Source: a bacterium (GTDB lineage: Bacteria > Patescibacteriota > Patescibacteriia > UBA9570). From it: a DNA stretch of 64,000 nucleotides. The DNA is taken from the NCBI GenBank assembly GCA_030698395.1, contig JAUYKW010000020.1, positions 1,741 through 65,740 of the forward strand, in the 5' to 3' direction. The position numbers and the translations under genes were made by a program. The notes below the pieces were generated by a model. That model saw only the letters and a program-made list of their open reading frames with translations. It was not told where the DNA came from and made no database searches. Position 1 is the stretch's first letter; each line of letters begins with the position of its first letter. Positions 20,309 through 31,070 of the stretch are shown here, piece after piece.

Positions 20309-20320
20309 GACAACTTAATA

Positions 20321-23300
20321 TTATGATCTCAAACCTGCAATAGTAGCATCTAAATTTGCTAAATCAATACTGCTTCCGGAAGCCAAGCCGACAGCTTCAC
20401 GACGTGCCTTTTTAGTTTGAATTGAAGCACCACTATCTGGTAAATCATCTAATTTTTGATCATATTGCATTGCAACCAACTCTAAAAGATCAACACTCGC
20501 TGTATCAAGATCAAGAATTCGTCCACTCAATGCCCTTTTTGCATCAGATCCGTATTTAGCCGCAAATTCATCCAAAACCTGTACGCGTCTAGCTGCAAGT
20601 TCAGCTACTTTTGCTGAATCTATTTCTGGTGTCACAGGAGCGCTACCTTCAGTAGGTGCTACCTCTGTTGGTGCCTCTGCTTCAGCTGGAGCTTCACCAG
20701 GAACCGCCTGTTTTAATAAATCACCAAACTTATCACCAAATGTCGAATTTCCACCTTGATCTGCGTGTACAACTTTTGTTTCAGCTACTGCTGAAGCTGG
20801 TTTAGCTTTTCGAGTTTTAGGAGCTGCTGCCGTTGGAGCTGCTGCCGATGCAGTCTTTGGAGGTTCAGCCGCTGCTGGCGCAGGAGTTGGTATAGTCTTT
20901 GGAGGTTCAGCCGCTGCTGGCGCAGGAGTTGGTATAGTCTTTGGAGGTTCAGCCGCTGCTGGCGCAGGAGTTGGTGCTATATTCTTTTGCTTGGCCTTAT
21001 TTATCACGGAATTATCAAATAGAGGTTGTCCAGTCTTTAGTTTATCTATGAATGCTGGTAACAAAGTTACGTCCACTTCAATTGCATCAGAATCTGGACC
21101 AACTAAACCAAAAGCTTTCAATTTTGTATTTAATGCTCTCTCTCTAAATAATTTCTTATTTTTTATTCTATTATCTACTTCTTGAATTGCATCTGAAAGT
21201 CGCTGAACATAAGTTACTTGCTCAGTCATTGGTTCCATGTTTGTAGCTCGCTCAAAAGCACGAGAAAATTCTTGACCCATGTAAAAATTACCTTTTCTCT
21301 TTTTCCCTTGAGGTCCAACTTCGCCCATTTGATACAGCGTTGAATTTCTCTCAAGCAGATCAATGTCACTCACAGCTTTAATATCTGCTATAAACCTATC
21401 ATTTAATACCTGTTCATTTACCGTGTCATCAGCATTAAGTAATCCCATAGCTTCTAATGCTGCGGATATCCTTCTGTTTGCAGGCGTATCTGCAGGTATC
21501 TCAGTACTAGCATTTAATGAAATTATTCTGTCGGCAAGAGCTTCAGATTGTACTGGACTTAAACCTTTTGCATGAGTTGATAATGCATCTAACAATTCAG
21601 GACTAACGTTACCAAACATGGTCGCAACAGATCTCTCACGATCTTCCCATCTATTACGAGTTCTAGCTTGATTTACTCGATAGAACAAATCTGAACTTTG
21701 TTGATAAAATTGTTTTTCTACTTTCGGACTTGCTTTTAATGTATCAAATACAGAACTTAATGTATCAAATCTTGCATTCCATTCTCCTGTATTAACAGCC
21801 TCCATTCGTTCCGCTCTGTATTTATCAGTATTCCGTAACTCAGCATCTAATGCTTCTTGAGTAAATTTCAATTGAGCTACCAACCATCTATCTGCCGCCC
21901 TACCTAAACCTTCCAAAATGTCAGATACTCTTTTATGTAATCTTGCAGGTTGCTCAGATACTTTAATATTGTCTCTGCCAACTCTAATATCCACATCCTT
22001 CAAATCGTCAGGAATAACAATGGCGTCAACACCTTGTTGAGCTGCACGCACCTGCTCTTTCCAAGCTTTGAGCGCTGTTAATGCATTTCCTAATTCTGCC
22101 GGATCTTGCAATGCAGATTCAATAAAATACATATCTTTTAATCTATCGCGAACTGTAAGTAATTCATCAATTGGCTTTTCAGTTGGATCTATTACTTCTC
22201 TTCTAGCTCTACCAAGTTTATCACGAGCACTTTCTGGTCCTGCTGGTTGGCCTGCAGTAATTGCTGGATCAGGAGTCCCGGCAACTGGTGCTGGTGTAGG
22301 TGTTGCTGTTGGAGGCGTAGGTGTTCCAGTAGGTGCTGCAGGAGTAGCTGGTGCTGGTGGAGTTCCAGTCGGTGTCGTTGGAGCCGGAGTTCCGCCCGCA
22401 GGTGCAGTCGGAGGTGTACCAGTTGTTGGAGGTGTCTCAAATGGATCTGCTTTAGGATCTGCTTTTAATCTGGCAATAACTTCCTGAATACGAACACTAT
22501 TTGGAGTTCCATCACTTGCAGCAAGGCCGGCATTTACAACTGCATCATCAATTGAACCACGTTTTTTTAGTGTATTCCTAAATCTTCGTAAATGTTGTCT
22601 ATCTAATATTCCTTCACTTTCCATTGCATCTAGTATAGCTTCTAGAGTATCTAATTGTTCAGTGAAATATCCTGAGCTCGTCTCTGGAAGAAAACTGTTA
22701 GCAACCACGCTATCAACAGCTGAGATTCGATTACGTAAACGTAATTCATGCTCTGCTTTTGCTTGTGCTTCGGCCTGTTCTTTTAACCGCTGTTGAGCTT
22801 CGGCCTGTTCTCTAGCTTCTCGCGCAGCTTTTTCGGCAGCAGTTTCAACAGGTGCTGTTGTACCGGGTGTAACTGGTGCACCAGTAGGAGGCGTAGGCAC
22901 TCCCGTAGGTGATGTTACTGGAGGAGTTACTGGAGGAGTTACTGGAGTTGGAGCAGGTATTCTTAACTCAACAAGTTTTGCATCCAATAAGTCCCTTACT
23001 GCTAAGTATTCTCCAGTCATCGCCTGATATTTTGCAGCTAGTGCATCATACTCTGCTCTCGGTAAATATGTTGGCGCTTTTCCAAGAGTTTTCAAATCAG
23101 TATATAGCTTAGCAAGTAATTCTCCAAAATCATTACTATTTTTATCTAACATTTGTTGTACTTCAGCTTCTGTAAATGCTGTACCTTTTAGATATGTCTC
23201 AACATCTTTTCTAAATATCGCTTGACCTGTCTTGGCTCTATCGGCATTTTTATTACCACGATCTAATATATTCTTTTCAAGCTCATCGCCAAGATTACTC

Positions 23301-26300
23301 AAATCACCATTAAACATCCCCATTTTTCTGCGCAATGTTACAATTAACGGGCCAAAATAATTTGGAAGCCTGGCATCAAGTAATGTAACATCAGTTCCAG
23401 TAATAAGACTATCCATTTTTATTGTTAAACTTCTTAACGAATCCTTACCGTCTGCCTCGCGCCGTTGTGTTAAAGTATCCCAATTTTTATCACGCCAATC
23501 ACCTCTCATATCCCCGAATGAATCAAGTAGATCATTATACTCTGGGCTTTGCCAGATATCGAATAAATCCTCATGCACTCTTAATACTTCCACTTCCTGA
23601 TCTGGTGTTAATGGATGTTCTGGTCCAGTAGTTTTGGTTCCATATTCTGGTATTAATCCACCAGATCGCAAAGCTTTATTTGTTTCAGTAATATGTGATG
23701 TATCTTTCCAAAGTTGAGCAGATAAAGAAGTTTCTGATGCCTGGCTACCAGTAGCAATTGCTGATGATACTAGAAGATCACCTAATAATCCACTTACTAT
23801 TCTTTGTTGTTCTAGAGTCATACCTCGTAAGTCAGGATTAAAGAATTCATCATCACTAGAATAATATGCATCTCCTAAATCTACTTGTCCAGAATCTGTA
23901 CCTACTGAAAAATTAACTTCTCCAACTTCTGGAATTCCTGGCGTGCCTGGTTCAACTACTGGAGGTGTTGAAATATGACCACCACCAAGACCAGATTCAT
24001 AAGCTTCTTTAACGCTTCTATATCCTTCTGTCCAATAAGCTGGTCTATTGCTAAATTCACTTTTTGGAATGCCAAATTGCTCTTTATAAGCACTTTGCCA
24101 ATCTTCGTAGCTCATACCGGGTCTATAAATTGGATCAACTGATCCTGGAGCAAATGTATGGTCTATTCCTTGATAATTTAAAAATCTCTCAACGTTAGTA
24201 TGTTGACCAATAACATTCTCTATTGGTATTCCACCTTGCTGTGGTCGCCGAATTTCTTCAGCCCATTGTTGAAAAGACATGTCCGGATGTTGTACAGTAG
24301 CTCTTGATACTACTTCTCCTACTCTTGCTGGCATTCTATCTAGTGCTGCATCTAAACCAGATTGATTCAATTGCGTATGAGCAGTTGCATCATAAATTTG
24401 AATTGTTGGATGTGCCGGATCTCCAGTTAAAGTTACTGCGTATTTATCTGGTGCCATTACCCACAATTGCTCGTTTGTAGAAGGGTCCCAAATAGAAACT
24501 TCCTTACCATCAACCATTACTTTAGATTGTTCTCTCAATACTTTAACAGTCTCTCGTAATGCCCAGCTATGTTTATCTCCAGTTCCATCCCAGCCATATT
24601 GTTCCGCCTTTGCTTCTAATTGACGTGATATTGCATGAGAAAATCCTTCACCTTTATGAACAGTTGCCATAGTCCAGTCTGCTGGAGTAAATCCAGCAAT
24701 ACCTGCATCTGGTGTTATTGGTGCAGCAACAATTTCTCCGCCTTCTCCAATAAATTTCGCTACAACTTCTTCATTATAAATTGATTTTACAACTATTTCA
24801 TTACCCGAAACTTCCACTTTAAATTGACCAGCCGCTTTAACTATACCATCGGCCTCACTAACACCTTTTTCAGTTGCAATTTCTTGTAATCTTGCTTTTA
24901 GGCTATCAGAGAAAACTTCTTGTGGCGGTGCTAAATGATCAGAAAGATTCAAAGTACCGTCTTCGGCTACTGAAGTTAAAACTAATTGATTTTCATTATT
25001 TAAAACTAATCCATATTTAATTCCACCTAGTTCAACAGTATGCTGAGCCTCGGTTGTTAAATTTGGTGCTAATATTGGTGTTCGTAACTCTGCATAATCT
25101 ACACCAGGAGAAAAAGTATTTAATTCGATGGACGCAAGTGGCCTACCTGTAGTTGCATCAATTAATGTAAAATCGTCTGTGATGACCACATTATTTATAT
25201 CTATATCGTCAGGAATATCTATCACATGAGAATCCAGTGCGGATTTCACTAATAAATCTCCATTCACAGTAGGGCTAATTACGTAAGCATCACTGTCTAC
25301 CGTTAAAGAAACTTCTGCTGAGCTACCTCCAAAGGTTGGGGTTTCAGAAACATCACCAATTCGACCAGCGAACCAATTATCACCTTCGAACCATCCCATG
25401 GCCATTGAAGATGCTCCGCCAAAAAAACCACCCAAAGCTCCACCAACAATCATACGTTTCGTTTCTCCTCTGCTCAGAATTGACTCTAATTTATTATCAA
25501 TAATTGTTACAACATCTTGAGCATCTGCCATTATTATTTGCATCTCGCTTTCAAGTGTGAGTATTTGTCTATCATCCAAATGCAACTTTGCTTCATTAAT
25601 ATTTTGTGCGGCGTCACGTAAATTTTTTAATAAATCTATTTGAGATTTAAGCCTATTGTCTAATCCAAATGAAATATAATCTTGTTTATTTTTACCCTTT
25701 CCAATTCTAGTCTGTAACAATCTAGCCTCTGCATCAGCTACAGTTTTATATAAATTTGTAATAGTATTTGGTAAATCATTCAAGGCATCAGGATTTGTAT
25801 TAACCTCTTTAAGAATTCTCTGTACTTCTGCAACTCTTAAAGCCACTTCCTGATTAATCGACTCAGCACTTTTAACTGCTTCTACTTGCTCTGTTTCATT
25901 TATGTTAACCATTTCCGGAGCGTTTGCTCCCACGGCTAAATCAATCTTGCGTTGCCCCCTACGAGCAAACTTATATTGTGCCCACTGTGATACAACTCCA
26001 GCAGCGGCACCAGCACCAGCTGCCACCAAAACACCTGCTCCAATTGGAGTTGCTAAAAAAGCCGTAGCCGCTACGGTACCACCAATAGCTACTTTCGCAG
26101 CTGTACGTGTACTAAAAGCCCATAATGTTCCAGAACCTAATAACTTAGCTGCAATTACTTTTAATTTTACACTATCAGATCTATAGTGCTCGGATGCCAT
26201 ATTGCTCATTTCGCTTAATTCGGCTAATTGAGCTACTTCATCACGCAATAAAAACTCCATATGCCTTCTAATTGCGTCTGCAACTTCTGGGGTAACAGGG

Positions 26301-26992
26301 ACCTCTAATGGAGACCCGTCAGGATTAACTCCAATTTGATAAGGATCTGGAATTTCTAGACTGCCAGATATTAAAGAAATGCCATCTTGATAATCAGAAT
26401 TATTTACTAAATCATTAGCTGAAAAGCTTTCTCCGTTTTCATCAACACCACGTTTAAATTGCTCAACAATTTTTTGAAAATCATCACCACCTAGCTGCAT
26501 ATACTGATTATATCTTTTGCGCATAGATCTTCGTTCCAAAGCAGAGCGGACTACGTCTTGCATGTAATTCTTATCATCCAATCTGCCTTGAGTATAATCT
26601 TTTACTCGAGTAGCAATTTTTCCACTACCAACTGTTTCCAACATTTCTGCCCAGCGCAATTTCACCTTTGCAACAACACTAAACAGACTTGTACTCTTTC
26701 TCTCTTCATCATGCTCATGTCTAGCGATAACGTTTGATTCTACAGATAACTGTTCTTCAACTTCTGGCATTGCTTCTTTTATCTCATCCAAAGTTAAACC
26801 ATACTGATTTGCAACATCTACTAATTCAAGTAAAGCTGTATCAGCACTACCATCCTCAGCAGTTAATCCTTCATTTTCTTTGCCTTTTAAAGAGGCTTCA
26901 ACCAAAGTAGTACGTAACTGATCCAACGTCACTGAACCGCGCGAACCACCTTGCTCAATTGTTTTTTGATAATAATTACTTTCCATTACCAT
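20321..26992 (-). CDS. giant (2223 aa) orphan protein with Gly/Ala-rich hydrophobic helices and Pro/Thr/Ala linkers
   Basis: Single long ORF; hydrophobic segments near aa 280-335 and 515-535; P/T-rich tracts; no signal peptide. Confidence 0.85.
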   Translation of the reverse strand: MVMESNYYQKTIEQGGSRGSVTLDQLRTTLVEASLKGKENEGLTAEDGSADTALLELVDVANQYGLTLDEIKEAMPEVEEQLSVESNVIARHEHDEERKSTSLFSVVAKVKLRWAEMLETVGSGKIATRVKDYTQGRLDDKNYMQDVVRSALERRSMRKRYNQYMQLGGDDFQKIVEQFKRGVDENGESFSANDLVNNSDYQDGISLISGSLEIPDPYQIGVNPDGSPLEVPVTPEVADAIRRHMEFLLRDEVAQLAELSEMSNMASEHYRSDSVKLKVIAAKLLGSGTLWAFSTRTAAKVAIGGTVAATAFLATPIGAGVLVAAGAGAAAGVVSQWAQYKFARRGQRKIDLAVGANAPEMVNINETEQVEAVKSAESINQEVALRVAEVQRILKEVNTNPDALNDLPNTITNLYKTVADAEARLLQTRIGKGKNKQDYISFGLDNRLKSQIDLLKNLRDAAQNINEAKLHLDDRQILTLESEMQIIMADAQDVVTIIDNKLESILSRGETKRMIVGGALGGFFGGASSMAMGWFEGDNWFAGRIGDVSETPTFGGSSAEVSLTVDSDAYVISPTVNGDLLVKSALDSHVIDIPDDIDINNVVITDDFTLIDATTGRPLASIELNTFSPGVDYAELRTPILAPNLTTEAQHTVELGGIKYGLVLNNENQLVLTSVAEDGTLNLSDHLAPPQEVFSDSLKARLQEIATEKGVSEADGIVKAAGQFKVEVSGNEIVVKSIYNEEVVAKFIGEGGEIVAAPITPDAGIAGFTPADWTMATVHKGEGFSHAISRQLEAKAEQYGWDGTGDKHSWALRETVKVLREQSKVMVDGKEVSIWDPSTNEQLWVMAPDKYAVTLTGDPAHPTIQIYDATAHTQLNQSGLDAALDRMPARVGEVVSRATVQHPDMSFQQWAEEIRRPQQGGIPIENVIGQHTNVERFLNYQGIDHTFAPGSVDPIYRPGMSYEDWQSAYKEQFGIPKSEFSNRPAYWTEGYRSVKEAYESGLGGGHISTPPVVEPGTPGIPEVGEVNFSVGTDSGQVDLGDAYYSSDDEFFNPDLRGMTLEQQRIVSGLLGDLLVSSAIATGSQASETSLSAQLWKDTSHITETNKALRSGGLIPEYGTKTTGPEHPLTPDQEVEVLRVHEDLFDIWQSPEYNDLLDSFGDMRGDWRDKNWDTLTQRREADGKDSLRSLTIKMDSLITGTDVTLLDARLPNYFGPLIVTLRRKMGMFNGDLSNLGDELEKNILDRGNKNADRAKTGQAIFRKDVETYLKGTAFTEAEVQQMLDKNSNDFGELLAKLYTDLKTLGKAPTYLPRAEYDALAAKYQAMTGEYLAVRDLLDAKLVELRIPAPTPVTPPVTPPVTSPTGVPTPPTGAPVTPGTTAPVETAAEKAAREAREQAEAQQRLKEQAEAQAKAEHELRLRNRISAVDSVVANSFLPETSSGYFTEQLDTLEAILDAMESEGILDRQHLRRFRNTLKKRGSIDDAVVNAGLAASDGTPNSVRIQEVIARLKADPKADPFETPPTTGTPPTAPAGGTPAPTTPTGTPPAPATPAAPTGTPTPPTATPTPAPVAGTPDPAITAGQPAGPESARDKLGRARREVIDPTEKPIDELLTVRDRLKDMYFIESALQDPAELGNALTALKAWKEQVRAAQQGVDAIVIPDDLKDVDIRVGRDNIKVSEQPARLHKRVSDILEGLGRAADRWLVAQLKFTQEALDAELRNTDKYRAERMEAVNTGEWNARFDTLSSVFDTLKASPKVEKQFYQQSSDLFYRVNQARTRNRWEDRERSVATMFGNVSPELLDALSTHAKGLSPVQSEALADRIISLNASTEIPADTPANRRISAALEAMGLLNADDTVNEQVLNDRFIADIKAVSDIDLLERNSTLYQMGEVGPQGKKRKGNFYMGQEFSRAFERATNMEPMTEQVTYVQRLSDAIQEVDNRIKNKKLFRERALNTKLKAFGLVGPDSDAIEVDVTLLPAFIDKLKTGQPLFDNSVINKAKQKNIAPTPAPAAAEPPKTIPTPAPAAAEPPKTIPTPAPAAAEPPKTASAAAPTAAAPKTRKAKPASAVAETKVVHADQGGNSTFGDKFGDLLKQAVPGEAPAEAEAPTEVAPTEGSAPVTPEIDSAKVAELAARRVQVLDEFAAKYGSDAKRALSGRILDLDTASVDLLELVAMQYDQKLDDLPDSGASIQTKKARREAVGLASGSSIDLANLDATIAGLRS
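20852..20975. repeat. coding tandem repeat, 3 x 42 bp (IPTPAPAAAEPPKT)
   Basis: Unit agtctttggaggttcagccgctgctggcgcaggagttggtat, identical copies (third copy 40 bp). Confidence 0.95.
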
Positions 26993-27005
26993 ATATATAT
27001 TTATG

Positions 27006-27317
27006 TTAAGCCTTTTGAATGAAATTAATATATTCTTGTTCGAAATCTTTAAAAACCGTGGCTAACAGATTCTTGATATCTGGAATTAATTTTTGTATGA
27101 ATTCAGTAATCTCTTCTTGCGGAGCTTCTCTTTGCATCATACTTAAGTACTCTACATGCTCTACTTCAGGTAGTACTTCCAATATCTTTGCTTGAATTCG
27201 GGACTCAAGCTGAATCATCATATCTTGTATCATCTTATCCTCTAAAGGTTCTGGTAACTCAGCTGAATGAGCTGATCTTAGAACGTTGCGTAAGAATGCT
27301 TGTAATTGAATGTCCAT
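27006..27317 (-). CDS. DUF5663-like small acidic helical protein
   Basis: 103 aa, 'LPE..EDKMIQDM..QLESRI...ILEVLPE...EFIQKLIPD' pattern typical of this CPR family. Confidence 0.7.
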   Translation of the reverse strand: MDIQLQAFLRNVLRSAHSAELPEPLEDKMIQDMMIQLESRIQAKILEVLPEVEHVEYLSMMQREAPQEEITEFIQKLIPDIKNLLATVFKDFEQEYINFIQKA

Positions 27318-27342
27318 ATATATATGAAAAAATTAACTTGAG

Positions 27343-27371
27343 AGTCTAGCGCATAAATAGCCTTTTGTCAA
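27343..27371 (-). promoter_or_regulatory. sigma70 promoter TTGACA-N17-TAGACT for the DUF5663-giant protein operon
   Basis: -35 at 27366-27371, -10 at 27343-27348. Confidence 0.65.
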
Positions 27372-27484
27372 GGCATTACGTAATCAAATTACGTGATAAT
27401 GCGAAAGAAAATATATTAAATAATGTAAAAAACTATAATTATTATAACACATTTTTCAAACCAAATCAATCTGGATTAAGTTTA

Positions 27485-27592
27485 GACCACCCCTACCCCC
27501 CAGATTAGGAGTGATTATATAAAATATTACCTATCTTAATCAACTTGATCCCCTCACCTCCTTGCAGGAAGAGAAGGTTAGGGCGAGGAGGC
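27485..27592. repeat. degenerate REP-like CCCCTC...GAGG palindromic remnants
   Basis: cccctcacctccttgcaggaagagaaggttagggcgaggagg and cccctaccccc...ggag in an AT-rich intergenic region. Confidence 0.4.
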
Positions 27593-28147
27593 CTAAGATA
27601 ACTCTAGATATATGCCAAAATTCGTATTGTCCCCTGCTCGATGCGAATAATAAGTATCCACATTGCATTTTGTACAAATATTCATGATCTCAATATTTTG
27701 CATTGGCACACCACTTTCAATAGCCTGCATATAATTTTCCTGCTTAATATCAATATCTTCATAGCAACACGCTCCAATTGCTGGTCCAATTCCAACGTAT
27801 GTATTAACTGTATCAAATTCCTGCAATACTACTTTTAAAATTTCCGAAACAGTACCTCGAAAACCTGCATGTATTACGCCACCGGCATGAGCAACTACAT
27901 CATACACAATTATCGGTACGCAATCATGAACACCCACGCGTAATTTAATTCCAGATGTTCTAGTTAATAGAGCATCAACATTTTCTACTAAGGTTATACT
28001 AGCATCATCAACCCAAGCATAATCATTACCATGTACTTGATTTGCCTGCACGTCAAAAGATTGATCCTGTTCGGAATGTCTATTAGAAATTCCATGACTA
28101 ATATTATTAATACCCCGCAAATGTTCAAATTGTAGCAAGTCGTTCAT
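27593..28147 (-). CDS. YfiH/PgeF (laccase-domain, purine nucleoside phosphorylase) family protein
   Basis: QVHG, DALLT, DCVPI, HAGFRG, IGPAIGACCYE, CTKC, YSHR. Confidence 0.9.
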   Translation of the reverse strand: MNDLLQFEHLRGINNISHGISNRHSEQDQSFDVQANQVHGNDYAWVDDASITLVENVDALLTRTSGIKLRVGVHDCVPIIVYDVVAHAGGVIHAGFRGTVSEILKVVLQEFDTVNTYVGIGPAIGACCYEDIDIKQENYMQAIESGVPMQNIEIMNICTKCNVDTYYSHRAGDNTNFGIYLELS

Positions 28148-28179
28148 GCGAACCTTTGTTACCTTAGTTAGGTATATAA

Positions 28180-29331
28180 TTAGGAATAATTTTCCTTATA
28201 AACTTTTTTATAAATCTTCAAAGTTTGCTTGGCACACTTATCCCAAGAAAATTTCTTGGCTTGTTTTTTTCCACTCTTTGCCAACTTTGTTCGCGTAGCC
28301 TTACGCGTAATAACCTTATGAATTCCTTTCTTCAAAGATTCAAGAGAACTTGGATCTATCAACTCCGCTGCCTTCCCTGCTACCTCTGGTAATGATGATA
28401 CGTTAGATGTAATAACTGGAATACCATAACTCATTGCTTCTAATACTGGCAAACCAAATCCCTCGTAATGAGAAGGAAAAATAAATGCTTCAGCGTTATT
28501 AAGTAAAGCAATTTTTTCTTTTTCCGTAACATAACCAATGTAACGAATTTTTCCAGACTTAGCATTTTTAATAGCATTGTAATTATCCTGAAATTCAAAA
28601 CCTTTTGCACCAGCAATAACTAATTGCATATCTTTATACTTTTTTAGTTTCTCCAAAGCTAACTCATCGAAAGACTGGATAATTCCAGCAATGTTTTTTC
28701 TTGGTTCTAAAGTTCCAATATAAAATAAGTATCTATCTGCTAACTTCCACTTCTTTAAAGTTCGTCGCATACTTAATTTACTTGGTGCTTTAACTTTTGT
28801 CACACCTTCATAAACAACGGAAACCTTCTTTTTGGAAACATTGAATAACCTCTTTAAATCTTTCTCGGTTGATTCGGATACCGCAATTACATGTTCTGCT
28901 TTTTCTATACTCTTAGGTACTAAAACATTAATAGAAAAATTCTGCTTTGATGGAAACCACTCCGGATGAGAATATATTGCAAGATCATGTATTGTAACAA
29001 TAGACGGTTTCTTGTATTTCATCGGAATGACGTTTGCCGGGGAATGAAAAATATCTAAATTCGCTTCATTTAATACTTTGGATACAAAAACGTGCGAATA
29101 TGCATATGGCAAATAACGTTTGTATTCAGACATTTTAAACTTAACTATTTCTGTATTCTTTTGTTTAAACTCCTTCAGCTTTGGCGAACGATGATCAAAA
29201 AACAATACGTACGTATTTTTCTTATCATGCTTTAATAGATGTTTAACCAGGTAATAAGTATAGTGTCCTACTCCTGCTTTCTCCCCCTTTTCTGGGCTAA
29301 GCAATGTTCTGCAATCAATCCCAATTCTCAT
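28180..29331 (-). CDS. glycosyltransferase family 4 (GT-B)
   Basis: MRIGID, TIHDL, GTLEPRKN, FPSHYEGFGLPVLEAM, SSLPEVAG, FSW. Confidence 0.92.
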   Translation of the reverse strand: MRIGIDCRTLLSPEKGEKAGVGHYTYYLVKHLLKHDKKNTYVLFFDHRSPKLKEFKQKNTEIVKFKMSEYKRYLPYAYSHVFVSKVLNEANLDIFHSPANVIPMKYKKPSIVTIHDLAIYSHPEWFPSKQNFSINVLVPKSIEKAEHVIAVSESTEKDLKRLFNVSKKKVSVVYEGVTKVKAPSKLSMRRTLKKWKLADRYLFYIGTLEPRKNIAGIIQSFDELALEKLKKYKDMQLVIAGAKGFEFQDNYNAIKNAKSGKIRYIGYVTEKEKIALLNNAEAFIFPSHYEGFGLPVLEAMSYGIPVITSNVSSLPEVAGKAAELIDPSSLESLKKGIHKVITRKATRTKLAKSGKKQAKKFSWDKCAKQTLKIYKKVYKENYS

Positions 29332-29334
29332 ATA

Positions 29335-30984
29335 TTACATTGATTCGGGCGCCGAGATGCCCATTAATGATAATGTGTTAAATAGCACTATTTTCGTTGC
29401 TTGCGCCAACTGTAATCTACTATAGTTTACTTCTTCTTCATCTATTACTCTGCTGGTATTGTAGAACTTATGAAATGCTCTGGCAACTTCCATGGCATAT
29501 TGAGGTAATTTATGTACTTGATAATCCTGGCTCACATCCTCAACAATTTCCGGCAATTTAAAGAGAATTTTTGCTAACTCCTCCTCTGCAATGTTAGTAA
29601 ATTTAATCTGAGTATTTTTTGATCCATCAACTTTTTTTAGAATGCTACAAATTCTAGCATGAGCATACTGCACCGAATATACTGGATTTTTTTCTGATTG
29701 CTCTCGTGCCAGATTTAAATCGAAATCCATATGTGTGTTTGGTTCATGCATTAAGAAAAACCATCGCACCACATCTAATCCAACTTCACCTACTAATTCT
29801 TCTAGAGTTACAAAAGCACCTTTACGTTTAGACATTTTTAATTCTTTACCATTGAATATTAACCGCACAAGCTGAACAAAAATTATATCCATCTTTCCTT
29901 TATGATTTAAAGCTTCCAAAGCTGCTTCCATTCTTGGCTTGTAACCATGATGATCTGCTCCTAACAACCAAATCCAATGATCAAATTTTCGATCTTCAAA
30001 TTTTTCAATCAAGTAAAGAATATCTGAATAAAAATAAGTCGGCTCACCATTAGCACGAATAATCACTCTATCTTTATCATCGCCGTACTTGCTTGATCGA
30101 AAAAATTGCGCACCTTCGCTAGTATAGATTAAGTTACGCTCCTCTAAAAAACTTGTTACCCTTGCTAAATTATCATCAGTATATAGAGATTTTTCTGATT
30201 TCCAAACGTCATATTTAATATCAAGCTGATTTTCTACCAAGTTCTTAATACGATCTATCATCTCTTTTAAAGCCCATTCCTTAACTTCTGTTCTCATCTG
30301 AGCCATGGCATCCGTGCTACCAATCGGAACATCCTTTAATTCTAATTCGTCTGCTAACTCTTTGATGTACTCTCCTTGATAAAGATCTTCAGGATAATCT
30401 ATCTTAATTCCCTGTTTTTGGAGATACCTTCGTAAAACAGACTCGGCCAATGTATCAGTCTGGCTACCGTAATCATTGATAATATATTCTGCAGTAACAT
30501 CATATCCAGATGCTCGCAACACTCTAACAATTACATCACCTGCAAAACCACCTCGGCCATTTCCTAAATGCAAAGGACCAGTTGGATTGGCAGATAGAAA
30601 CTCCACCATATATTTTTTTTGAGAGCCATCTTCTTTTAATCCGGTTTTATTCTTTCCATAATTATCATTCTCTTCTAATAAGTAACGGATACCACCATCA
30701 AGGAATTCTTCATTAATAAAAAAGTTTATAAAGCCAGGAGCAACAACTTCTATTTTGCTCAAGCCCTCCATATTAATATGGTTCTTTAGCTCCTCACAAA
30801 TATCCAATGGGTTTCGCTTCAAAACCTTTGCTAATTTCATTGCGATGCTAGATGCATAATCACCATGCTCACGATGTTGCGAATAATCTACCTCTACTTG
30901 TAGCATCTGAATTTCAGACCAGATGTGCTGACTTTGTAGTTGCTTAATCGCTTCGTTAATTTTTCTTGCAATCACATGTTTCAT
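29335..30984 (-). CDS. argS: arginine--tRNA ligase
   Basis: HGDYAS, PGFINF, SANPTGPLHLGNGRG, GADHHGY, MSKRKG, QYAHARICS, ISAPESM; start set at 30984 (TATAAT 7 nt upstream) rather than 31020. Confidence 0.97.
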   Translation of the reverse strand: MKHVIARKINEAIKQLQSQHIWSEIQMLQVEVDYSQHREHGDYASSIAMKLAKVLKRNPLDICEELKNHINMEGLSKIEVVAPGFINFFINEEFLDGGIRYLLEENDNYGKNKTGLKEDGSQKKYMVEFLSANPTGPLHLGNGRGGFAGDVIVRVLRASGYDVTAEYIINDYGSQTDTLAESVLRRYLQKQGIKIDYPEDLYQGEYIKELADELELKDVPIGSTDAMAQMRTEVKEWALKEMIDRIKNLVENQLDIKYDVWKSEKSLYTDDNLARVTSFLEERNLIYTSEGAQFFRSSKYGDDKDRVIIRANGEPTYFYSDILYLIEKFEDRKFDHWIWLLGADHHGYKPRMEAALEALNHKGKMDIIFVQLVRLIFNGKELKMSKRKGAFVTLEELVGEVGLDVVRWFFLMHEPNTHMDFDLNLAREQSEKNPVYSVQYAHARICSILKKVDGSKNTQIKFTNIAEEELAKILFKLPEIVEDVSQDYQVHKLPQYAMEVARAFHKFYNTSRVIDEEEVNYSRLQLAQATKIVLFNTLSLMGISAPESM

Positions 30985-31070
30985 GCGCCAAATTATACCG
31001 TAATTACTAGCTATGTTCAAATCTGTGAACTAAAGACAAATATATTCTTTTTGCTATACTATCCTCACCT

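Noticed and set aside
22068-22487. Gly/Val/Ala-rich and Cys/Arg-rich plus-strand ORFs
   Set aside because: Antisense of the Pro/Thr/Ala linker in the giant protein
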